DNA of 63,297 nucleotides, the filler included, from Nemertoderma westbladi (taxonomy: Eukaryota; Animalia; Xenacoelomorpha), in NCBI GenBank assembly GCA_032718475.1. It is 4 parts of 4 records of this genome, joined end to end, with 100 filler letters (N's around TTAATTAATTAA, not from the genome) between each part and the next. Parts side by side here need not be neighbours in the genome. Positions count along the whole stretch, not along the records: positions 45,739 to 55,510 come from JAUCBJ010006334.1; positions 55,611 to 63,297 come from JAUCBJ010002374.1; 2 more parts are not named here. One strand, written 5' to 3'. The notes under the pieces are model-generated. The model saw nothing but the letters and a program-made list of their open reading frames with translations. It ran no database searches and had not been told where the DNA came from. The stretch's first letter is position 1. Every line of letters starts with the position of its first letter. A program made the position numbers and the translations under genes. Shown in pieces: positions 51,960-61,917 of this stretch.

Positions 51960-53450
51960 TTATTTCTGAATTATTTCTGTTTCGGTTTCTTCAGATTCCT
52001 GAGTGTTGTTTATGTTTATGACAGTCCTCTTTTTACATTTTTTGCTTTTCTTCTGATTTGATCTGTTGACTTTGCTTTTCTTCTGATTTGATCTGTTGAC
52101 TTTGCTTTTCTTCTGATTTGATCTGTTGACTTTGCCTTTCTCCCGGTGGACAGTGTTTTCCATTGAATTTATTTTATCATGCATAGTGGCTAATTTATCA
52201 GTCAGCAACTGTAAATTACCATTGACGGCATCTTCCACATTAGATAACTTGGTTTGTGTTTGAAATAGTTGCTTTGTGAGCGAGCTTATCTCAATCTGTA
52301 GATTGGCTACCAAGTCCGCCAATTGTAGTATACTAAACGAATCTATTGTCCCAATGTTTACCCTCTTCCTGAAGGTTGGTGTGATAGCAGAGCTCTCAAC
52401 GACCAGACAATATTCAGCTACATGTGTTGCAAGTTCCTCTATACACCGCCTGGTGATAGACGTGATACTGATTGTAGCCTTTCCAAGGATCTTTGTTTTA
52501 ATTTCACCTAGCAACAGCTTCTGTATTTTGTTAAGAACATCCATCCCCAATGGAGTAAGCAATCTGATGAAATCATCTTTTGGATTTCTTATGATATAAG
52601 AGTCACTGATAATTTTCATTATTTCTGTAGCTGTCGTTGACAATATGAGTTTTTCATAGACACTTTTTAGTTGGTCGTTATCATGTAGGCCTCCAATTTT
52701 GTTGGTGGTCGTAATCTTGGTTTTCAATTGGGGGATTCCGTCACTCGTTAGCAGTTGACTTCGACAGTAGGGGATCTCTATTTTAATATTACTAATGCAT
52801 CCCTTCAACCATGCTCTGTGTTTAGAACTATTGCTATGTTCAGGTCGCAGATTTCTGCTGACTGTGGCTAGAGCTAGAGCATATAGGCAGATAAATGCTC
52901 CACAATCATGACGATTCTTTTGACCATGGAAGGTGCGGCGATAGGTTGAGTCTACTGTCCAGTCGCTAGGTACAGCTCCATTTATCTTGCTAATGAGATT
53001 CAATATATCACATATTGTTTTGCTTATCGGTTCATTCCTGCAAGACTGCATGCTGCACATCGTATATACCTTCCGTTGTTCTAGGTTTGCCACATGTAAC
53101 ATAAAATGTTCGTTGTGACAGTCTGGAAAGACCACTAATGGTGTTGTAGTTAGATCGGTCAGTTGTGTGATATACGATATCGCTGCAGCTATATCAAAAG
53201 TATCTTGTCTCAGTTTTACGCAGAAAGCTGTATTTACACACTTGACAGTGTTTACATTTTGTTCCAATATAGATAGAAACGAATCGACTATGGTGGTAGA
53301 TAAATGTGCTTTACCTTTGAAATACTGCCAATCGATGTCCCCAGGTTTTAATAGAACCAACCCCATTCTCCCAGTGGGGGGGAGTGGTCGCGGCCAGCAC
53401 AACTGCCTCATCATTGAACCCATTTTGAATGTCTGGATATACAGGAACAT
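51960..53450 (-). CDS. Ulp1/SENP-like (peptidase C48) domain + coiled coil, probably the N-terminal part of a disrupted LINE ORF1
   Basis: HLSTTIVDSFL, VNTAFCVKL, VVFPDCHNEHFMLHVAN, YTMCS and GQKNRHDCGAFICLYA follow the order of C48 motifs. A further N-terminal piece is probably 53411..53692 (frameshift). Confidence 0.65.
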   Translation of the reverse strand: MFLYIQTFKMGSMMRQLCWPRPLPPTGRMGLVLLKPGDIDWQYFKGKAHLSTTIVDSFLSILEQNVNTVKCVNTAFCVKLRQDTFDIAAAISYITQLTDLTTTPLVVFPDCHNEHFMLHVANLEQRKVYTMCSMQSCRNEPISKTICDILNLISKINGAVPSDWTVDSTYRRTFHGQKNRHDCGAFICLYALALATVSRNLRPEHSNSSKHRAWLKGCISNIKIEIPYCRSQLLTSDGIPQLKTKITTTNKIGGLHDNDQLKSVYEKLILSTTATEIMKIISDSYIIRNPKDDFIRLLTPLGMDVLNKIQKLLLGEIKTKILGKATISITSITRRCIEELATHVAEYCLVVESSAITPTFRKRVNIGTIDSFSILQLADLVANLQIEISSLTKQLFQTQTKLSNVEDAVNGNLQLLTDKLATMHDKINSMENTVHREKGKVNRSNQKKSKVNRSNQKKSKVNRSNQKKSKKCKKRTVININNTQESEETETEIIQK

Positions 53451-53730
53451 GTTCGGAAGATGGCATTTCCTTGATAAATGAGACGTCTGATAAGGTCGGA
53501 GCTTGGCGTAATCGTCTTCATCTCAGCGATATCATTACTATCGGTATTATTAGTGACCGAATTCTGTAATTGTTTATTATTGGCTGTGTGGTTGGTTACC
53601 TGGACCTCCAATCCATTTCTGGTGTGATTTACGTTCCACCCAAATGTCTTTAGCAATTTCTTCTTCCACCAAGGGGGGGCCATGATCATCATCTCGGTTT
53701 AATATCCTTTCATTCGTCCTTGCTCTGGGG

Positions 53731-54060
53731 ACGGTAGAACCTGTCGGGTTTGTTGTCGACCCGGTAGAACCCGTCGGGATTGTTGTCGACCCAGTAAAAC
53801 CCAGAGGGATTGTTGTCGACCCAATAGAACCCGGCGGGATTGTTGTCGACCCGGTAGAACCGGGCGGGATTGTTGTCGACCCGGCAGAACCCGGCGGGAT
53901 TGCTGTCGACCCAGTAGAACATGTCGGGTTTATTGTCGAGCCGGTAGAACCCGGTGGGATTGTTGTCGACCCGGTAGAACCCGGCGGGATTGTTGTCGAC
54001 CCGGTAGAACCCAGCGGGATTGTTGTCGACCCAGTAGAACCCCGGCGGGATTGCCGTCTA
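53731..54060. repeat. 30-bp GC-rich minisatellite, ~11 diverged copies
   Basis: Unit CCGGTAGAACCCGGCGGGATTGTTGTCGAC. Confidence 0.93.
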
Positions 54061-54342
54061 CAAGACTGGCCAACTCTAATGGAACCACTGCGGGTCGAGT
54101 CACGAAGTAAGAGAGCCTTAGCATATGGGTACCATTAACGAGTTGTCTTTTGTCGTCGTCGTCTAATTTTTGATAGCTAATAACTCAGTCATTCCTTGAT
54201 GAAATTAAACCAATCTTGGTAAACATATAGTTCATCAAAAGTTTAGTGTTCAAAAATCAGACAGTCTGTCCAGTCGGTACCGGTAATTTTTGACTTTTGA
54301 TAAAATTCGAAAAAAGTCGGTCAATCATTGATGGAATTAAAT

Positions 54343-55206
54343 TGTGACGGGATCCCAGTTGGCGAGTGGATATCTGATAATGTCTGATATATAAGAACCA
54401 GTAAAACAGAACAATCAGAATAGCACAATAATAGCAGTAACGACGACGGTTAAAACCGTTTGACTCCTACACTGATTAATAGCCAACTGAATCATAATTA
54501 ACGGAGTATCTTTTATATATTGCATGGAAGATTACACCTCTATCTATGTTTGGCCTACCAATAGATGCGCGCTAATTGATGGTATGCTGCCTCACCATTG
54601 GTTGGTTTACCCTTTGGCCACTCCCTATTTCCCCTGGCCCTATGCTAGCTTCCCCCTGAGATATATTGGTGTCATCTCCAAGCTGGCATTAATGCCCTGT
54701 TCCCTTCTGATATGCAATATTACCTTTGGGTCATCTCCGTGTGCAATGTAAAAATAGGTACAATAGTCCTACAGTAAGTTATTAGTTTATTAATTATTTA
54801 CTATTTATACTGTAATTACGTTTTATAATAAATTGTTCTGTACATTACATCTTTATCGTTGAGTCGGGCATTGTCACGCTCTCGGTAAAGTTGTACATGT
54901 ACATAGTGTAATTACGTTTTATATTGGTTTTAGGTTAGCGTAGTGTAATATTGTATTTGTAACCAAGTAACATAAAGGACCCCCTTGGAAATAAGCTGCA
55001 AAGCTTTAGGGGTAATCCTATATGTTATGTTGGACAATATCTTTATACCGGTACATTGTTTGGTGTATTTGTTATTGTTTTTACATAATGTATAAATAAA
55101 TCTATCTATCTATCTATCTTTGGGTAATATTGCATACTTGCTTGTGATTCGTAAATCACAGTTCCCATTCTCTCACTGGGTGGTGTAGCGAATGGATACG
55201 CTAACA
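54343..55206 (-). mobile_element. Diverged LTR of the same group, interrupted by a LINE 3' fragment
   Basis: On the minus strand it starts TGTTAGCG and ends GATCCCGTCACA, as in the other two LTRs; no TSD seen. Confidence 0.65.
54732..55117 (+). mobile_element. Short LINE/SINE 3'-end insertion with (TCTA)n tail and 8-bp TSD
   Basis: CTTTGGGT duplicated at 54724..54731 and 55118..55125; AATAAA then (TCTA)4; 3' stem-loop GGACCCCC...GGGGTAATCC. Confidence 0.75.
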
Positions 55207-55510
55207 TCTAGGTGGAGAGCGCAAATGGAGCATTTGCGCCGTGCGAGTGCATGGCCGACGGCGTTGGCCATGTGGTATTGTTCTAGAATATTACAGTATT
55301 ATTAATCCCATGCAAAGGTAAAAGTTAATGCCCATGTTGCTGATGGAAAATAACAAATGCCTACCTTGATTTTGTTAAGGTCAGTTTTGTTTATACTTGA
55401 AGTCTTACATATATTAGTATACATGGGCATAATATTCCAAATACTTTTGTTGCGCCTGTCGATTCGTATAAATCGACAGGCGCATAGACCCCCCCAATTT
55501 ATATTACTTG

Positions 55511-55610
55511 NNNNNNNNNNNNNNNNNNNNNNNNNNNNNNNNNNNNNNNNNNNNTTAATTAATTAANNNNNNNNNNNNNNNNNNNNNNNNNNNNNNNNNN
55601 NNNNNNNNNN
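55511..55610. other. Artificial contig linker
   Basis: N44-TTAATTAATTAA-N44. Confidence 0.97.
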
Positions 55611-57804
55611 AACATGCCTACTGGAAGAAGGGGCGCCTGAGAGTTTTTAGTCGTCCAAAGTTTTGGACTGAGGGGGGGTGGGAATGAGGGCGAGACGCCC
55701 TTCCCACGACAAATAATTATTTAATTAAAATTAATAAAAATAATTAAATAATAGAGTAGGTAGAAGTTAGGCAGTAAGAGAGTAGTAGTCAGCTAGTTAG
55801 TTAGTTAAGGGTACGTAGTACCGCTAGTTAACTAGAGTAGTTAGAGGGTACGTAGTACCATTAGTTAGTAAGAGTCAGCTAGTTAGTTAGTTAAGGGTAC
55901 GTAGTACCGCTAGTTAACTAGAGTAGTTAGAGGGTACCTAGTACCATTAGTTAGTAAGAGTTAGTTAGTTAGTTAGTTGAGGGTACGTAGTACCGCTAAC
56001 TAGCTAGAGAGTAAGAGTTAGGATAGTTAGTTGGTTGAGGGTACATAGTACCGCTGGCTAGCTAGAAAGTAAGAGTTAGGATAGTTAGTTGGTCGAGGGT
56101 ACGTCGTACCGCTGGCTAGCTAGAGAGTAAGAGTTAGGATAGTTAGTTGGTCGAGGGTACGTAGTACCGCTAGCTAGCTAGAGAGTAAGAGTTCGGATAG
56201 TTAGTTGGTTGAGGGTACGTAGTACCGCTAGCTAGCTAGAGAGTAAGAGTTAAAGGGTACGTAGTACCGTAAGAGAGTAAGAGTTAGAAGGTACGTAGTA
56301 CCGTTAGAGAGAGAGTAAGTAGTTAGAAGGTACGTAGTACCGTTAGTTAGGAGTGTTAGTAGAGCAGTAGAGGGTTGTGGGCACCGCAAGCGCCACGTAG
56401 GAAGTAGTAGCAGTAGTGGTTGTGGGCACCGCAAGCGCCACGTAGTTAGAGATAGTAGGGGATGCGCTGAACTAAGTGGGGCACGGGCGTGATGACGTGT
56501 TTGATGCAAGAGCAGGGTATGTTAATTAGGGTGGGTGCCAGTCACGAGAGGTGCAGGGCACAAAAAGAGTTAGTAGAGAGTTAGGTGCCGGGCACAAGAG
56601 GTGTGCCGGGCACAAAAAGAGTTAGTAGAGAGTTAGAGAGAGTTAGAGTGCCAGTCACGAGAGGTGCAGGGCACAAAAAGAGTTAGTAGAGAGTTAGGTG
56701 CCGGGCACAAGAGGTGTGCCGGGCACAAAAAGAGTTAGTAAGAGTTAGCAGTAGTTCACATAATTAACGTACCCACTCTGCCGGCACTCAGAGCGTCACG
56801 TGCAGGCGAAGAGACGTAAAGGGAGTAAGATGTAGAGTGTTAGAGGTAGTAGAGAGGGCACATAGGGTGCCAGAGAGTAGGTAGTAGAGAGGGCACATAG
56901 GGTGCCAGGTAGTAGAATAGTAGAGAGGGCACATAGGGTGCCAGGTAGTAAGTAGAGTTAGAGTGTAAGAGGTAGTAAAGAGGGTACATAGGGTGCCAGA
57001 GAGTAGAGTAGTAGAGGGGGCACATAGGGTGCCAGGCAGTAGAGCTAGAGTGTTAGAGGTAGTAGAGAGGGTACATAGGGTGCCAGAGAGTAGAGTAGTA
57101 AAGAGGGTACATAGGGTGCCAGAGAGTAGAGTAGTAGAGACGGGCAAATAAGGTGCCAGATAGTAGAGTTAGAGAGTTAGAGGTAGTAGAGTAGAGCAGA
57201 GACAGGCACATAGGGTGCCAGGTAGTAGAGTTAGAGAGTTGGTAGACTCAGAGGAGTCAAGTAGAGTTAGTAGAAGTAGAGAGTTAGTGGGAGTTAGTTA
57301 GACTTAGTAGTTCTAGCTAGAGTTAGTAGAAAGTTAAGAGGCTTTTAGTAAGAGCTAGAAGTAGTAAGAGTTAGCAGAGATTAGAGTTAGTAGGCTTAGA
57401 GAGATAGTTAGAGTTAGTAAGTTAGATAAGGTAGATAGTATGATAGCACGGGGGTAGCATTAGAGATTAGGGCCTTAAGGAGTGGCAAAGAGTAGAGAGG
57501 AGTATGGAGAGAAGTTAGAGTGCGATTCAGGTGTGGGGAGAGGGTAAGAGCGAGTTGAGTCAGAGAGCGGAGTTAGAGTGGTGAGAGTGTTGGGGAAACA
57601 AAAATTGTGTGAGAGAAGCGCACGATCGGCCCGACACGAGACGCCAGAGGGTAGTGAGATCATGCCCATAGGGAGCGGCCTGGAAAGCCGACTCCAAGAA
57701 AATAACTCCACCCCACACCCGATAATAGATCGGGATCCAGCGGAATTGAAGCGCACTTAGTGGTTGATGCTATCTTCTCACTGGGAAGATAGCATGGGGG
57801 GGAG
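55611..57804 (+). mobile_element. 3' internal non-coding region of an LTR element, purine-rich with layered tandem repeats
   Basis: Repeats such as GAGGGTACGTAGTACCGC, GGCACAAAAAGAGTTAG and GGGCACATAGGGTGCCAG; ends in a polypurine tract GGGGGGGAG (57796..57804) abutting the LTR. Confidence 0.7.
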
Positions 57805-58356
57805 TGTTAGCGAATCAATTCCGCCTCACCAAACCCCATAAAGTGAGCCAATAAGCAATATTGGGAACACGAGGTTGATTACCAATCAACCTCGTGTCAC
57901 CCCAGTAAACGGGGACAATAGGCCCCAAAGGAGAGACACACACAATAAGGGTCAGGGGTTACTCCCCTGACAAGAGAGAGAATAGCTGGGGTGAACGGGA
58001 AACACACCAGGGAAGGTGAAAGGGCGAGAAGTGGGATATTAGCCAATGGGGGGACAGCATCGACTAGGTAGAGTAATGTGGCCAACTGAGCAGTACATAT
58101 ATTACCTGTTGGTGCTTTCCTATTCAGTTAGTTTACTCAGTTAGTTCAGTAGGGTGGGACGGTGACTTCTATCACCGTCCGCTACCGCCATCATACTTAT
58201 CTACCGGTAACCGTGTCATACTATACTATATATATCAACTATATTATACCTTTATACATATCACCGAACATCAGAACTCTTTTACCTTTCACACACGGCG
58301 GGGACGCATAGATAGAAAACCCAACGGATAAACCGGGATCCGTAGATCCCGTCACA
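57805..58356 (+). mobile_element. 3' LTR
   Basis: TGTTAG...GTCACA termini, preceded by a PPT, homologous to 1534..2119. Confidence 0.82.
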
Positions 58357-58662
58357 CATTTCTGAAAAAAGTTGTGATTTAATATAGACACAGTAACGCA
58401 TTTGGACAATTTCTGTTTAAAAATACGCATAAGAAAACACACTGTGAATAAGAGTAATTTGGTGTGTTAATGTGGCAAGGTCTATGAATAGGTCTATCGA
58501 GTATAGTTTCTAAACAAACCATATTTTCACATATAATTTTAATTTATATCGGTACATTACTTGGACATAATATTAAGTATAGGAAGAAATATTTTTTCTA
58601 AATTTAAGTTAAAAAATGCCGTGTGAAATAAAATGAAGATTGTCAATATTTTCATACAGTAC

Positions 58663-59264
58663 CTTAGCCAAACTGGGTTGGGAACTGGAACTCCATCATG
58701 CGACAGCTTAACATGCAATTCTTTATCAATTGTTATGCATTCCTTCACCTTTGTGATATCACCTAGTTCCACTCTAAATGCAGTTAATTTTTCTCCATCA
58801 CTCCATACTCGTATTTCAAAGTCATTCAAAAATTTATCTTCATTGAAATACCTTTGGATATCATTAAGAGTTTCTATTTTGCATTTTTTTGAAAATAATT
58901 CCAATTCATCTGGTTGGAATTCTCTTATATCTGGACGCTTTCTTGATGGCGGTGGAATGGTTCTGGAAGATGTTGGAATACACTCAGGGTGTATTGTTGG
59001 GTAAGCCTCTTTCGTGAGCGTCGGTCTTTGTTTATTACTGTTGACAAATCTACTGTCAAAATGAAGGATGCATATTTTTGCTGAAGGACCAGGTGTCCAA
59101 TCACTACCATATCCCATGAACACGATCCAGTTTTTATACTGGACTGAGTCATGCGAAGGGAAACCGAACAAAGATATGGATTCAACTGCTGTGGACAAAC
59201 CTCTTCCGAACGAACTCTTTTTGTATCCAGACCTGCATCCTTTCACATTACAAACTCCTACCAT
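58663..59264 (-). mobile_element. THAP-domain first exon of a P-element/THAP9-like transposase, truncated
   Basis: C-x4-C (CNVKGC), FGFP, W, KICILHF, AYPTI, then CITIDKELHVKL...PVPNPVW; candidate donor AAG|GTACTG at ~58662; no catalytic region seen downstream. Confidence 0.75.
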
Positions 59265-60139
59265 AGTTTATATTATTTTAGTCCCTGAACACTAAATGGT
59301 TACCGCGCAGGGTGATGACGACGATGACAGATAACATACATACACTATTATAGGCCTATTAATTAACTTTTAACGTAGTGTTTTAAATGGTTCTAGAATA
59401 TAACACTCATACCAACTAGGTTTTTTTGGGTAAAAATAATGTAATAATTTAGTCCGGCAGCCACGTACCTCTTTTTGGCCTAACCGAAAATTTTTGGACG
59501 GATTACATTTTTTGGATGTTTTGGTGTCTAGGGGTCCCTCTTAACATAAAAAAGTGATTTATGGACTTCGACACCTTGGGCAATTTGAATTAATGACCCG
59601 TTTCTATGGACTACAGTAATTTCTATAAAAGCTTTTAAGCGATCAGAATGGCGATTAACTGTTGGGCTTGAACTGGTTGTAATTTTGATCGAAAATATGA
59701 AAATTTTAGAGAAACTATTGAAGTGTTGTTATGGTAACGAAGGCTACAGCTAACGCTCTATTTTTCCAAATGAAAAACTACTATGCCTACTGACACTCAT
59801 GTGTTTTTTGTTTCGTTTGTGCACTTTATTAATAAAATGTTTCCCTAATTAATATGCACCACATCAATTTTGTGTACAAGTATGGTTGGCAACAAATACC
59901 CGTATTCATGGAAACCACAGTAATTTATTGCGGACATCACATCTGAAGCTTTTAAAACCTTGACAGAAATTTATTACCTTAAAATGTATATATAAATAAT
60001 TTGTCTCCTGCTTGTTTATAACACTTTTTTTAATGCTAAATATACAAAATTTATTTAATGCATGGCGAATATGGAGACTATGCATTGTATATTATTCATT
60101 GTTTGATTATAATACAATATGAGATTACGAAAAGTTTGC

Positions 60140-61030
60140 GCATTAATCTTTATTGCAGTTGCAAAATTATGTGCAATCAGGTTGGTTGTTTCTGCAGGTG
60201 CACTTCTGCGATTTACATGGGATTTTGGATGAACAGTTACACCGAATTAATTGCAAAATCCATTCCGGAGCTGGTGGTATGCCCTCAGAGATTACAATCG
60301 GGGAAAGTTGATTGTTAGCTATTCTCCACCCATATTTTCTTGGGTCTACACTAGGTGGTCTAACTGTGTTCTCCATTGTGTTCTTACACACCATTACTTT
60401 CAAATGGGCCCTTTTCACGTTCTCTGAGAAGGAGTCAGCGGTTGGTGGTATTGTTTGCAGCTTTTCACAGCTGGTAATTGTTTTTTCTGTGCACACCTTT
60501 TGTCGTGACTGGGTCATGTTGTCTGAGTCATATCCATAGCAGTCACGCCAGTCAGTTATAAAGTTAGTACATTCCATTAAGTCTGTGATTGCGGTGCTTC
60601 CATATCTCCCAAACAAGTAAGAGTGAGTCCTTTCTCCAAAGCCTTGATGACTTTCGCTTTGCCAATCCCAAACATAGTCGCAACCGTGTCCCAACCAGAT
60701 AATGCTGGCCTCCCAAAATATTTCCTATGATGCCACGATGCATTTTTACTGCTTCTCCCACGTCTATTACTGCGGTACGGTTTTTTAATGGGGATTTTAT
60801 GAAAATTGAATTGGTTATACCTGTACTTTCCCTCAGATAAAAATGTAATAATAGAAGAAATACAGAATCTGCGAAAATGCGCATAGCGCGCATGTTCTGT
60901 GGAAACTTTTTCCCAGATAACATCTTCGAAACACCGCCAAAATACACACGATACACTTCAGAGAGGCCGGTTTCAACCATTAAATTTCCTATGGATCCAA
61001 TGAAACTCATTAATGTATGCATCCCCCTTA
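60140..61030 (-). mobile_element. Internally deleted Academ(X)-like transposase remnant
   Basis: HTLMSFIGSIGNLM..GL, G(W)DTVA..FGIGK (XPG-like), IPPT...NVKRAH, YGW, PAPE.ILQLIRCNC...C...C.C...CT (Cys-rich end); multiple frameshifts. Confidence 0.65.
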
Positions 61031-61257
61031 ATGTAAGTCCACCGTACTGAACAGGAAAATACCAAATTACATAGTGACATCTTTGAGGAACTCATGGTCA
61101 ATACATTTAGCTCGATGTAGACCAATAGCAGACCCCGCCAAAACTTTTACTTGCAAGGCATTACCGGGTTTGAAATACCAGTATAACTCTTAGGATTAAT
61201 AAAGGCAAGGAAGGGTCTTTCACCACGTGGATATATACGAAATGAAGTTGTTTATTT

Positions 61258-61297
61258 ACCGTATGGCCATTTCACCCTACCGGGCGTCTTCAGCGGT
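61258..61297 (-). ncRNA. Minimal type-I hammerhead ribozyme (Penelope-associated)
   Basis: Minus strand reads ACCG-CUGAAGA-C-GCCC-GGUA-GGGU-GAAA-UGGCCA-UA-CGGU: intact core, stems I and II, palindromic stem III; followed by AATAAA. Confidence 0.85.
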
Positions 61298-61917
61298 ATA
61301 TTCAAATAAAATAACGTTAAAATGTAATTAAATTTAAAATTAGTTCTCAATTTAAAAGTTTAGGGTACCTACCAAGCAGCATTTACAGTAAATAACGGGA
61401 AATTTACATTGAAATATTAGGGGCCTAATTAAAACAGTTAAACGTTGTGAGTACCGGTAGCGCGGTTGCGTAGTTGTGGTGGGGCTACGACGCTACTGCC
61501 TAAGCACTGACTGCCGGTCAGCAGGCTGCATACGTGTACCGTGTGTACGGTATGTTGCACCTTTACAGTAGATGCTAAAAATAACTAAGTAAACATAATT
61601 TATACAGTAGGTAGTTAATTGCGGGTGAGTGAGTGGCTTGAGGAACTTGATAATAGATGTGTTATTTTGCACCAAATAGTAAGCATTAGAAAATTTAATA
61701 ATATGTGTTATTTTGCACCAACAGTAGAAAATTTAAAATAATATCAAAGATTAAAACTAAGCAATTATGTTACTGGAATTAAGTTGAGTTAAGTGCATAT
61801 TTATACAGTAGCTATTGCACTTAATAAATGTATCAAATTATTAATAAATAAGTCTACATACAGTAGGTAGTTAGTATCGGGTGGGTGGCAGGATTAACAT
61901 GGTTAAATTACTTTGCA

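Noticed and set aside
51367-52061. Three overlapping Cys/His-rich ORFs
   Set aside because: Translations of the 34-bp array cycling through frames; no independent coding evidence.
1534-58356. The two plus-strand LTRs as ends of one giant element
   Set aside because: They are clearly diverged, lie on different contigs, and the first has its own candidate TSD and no PBS.
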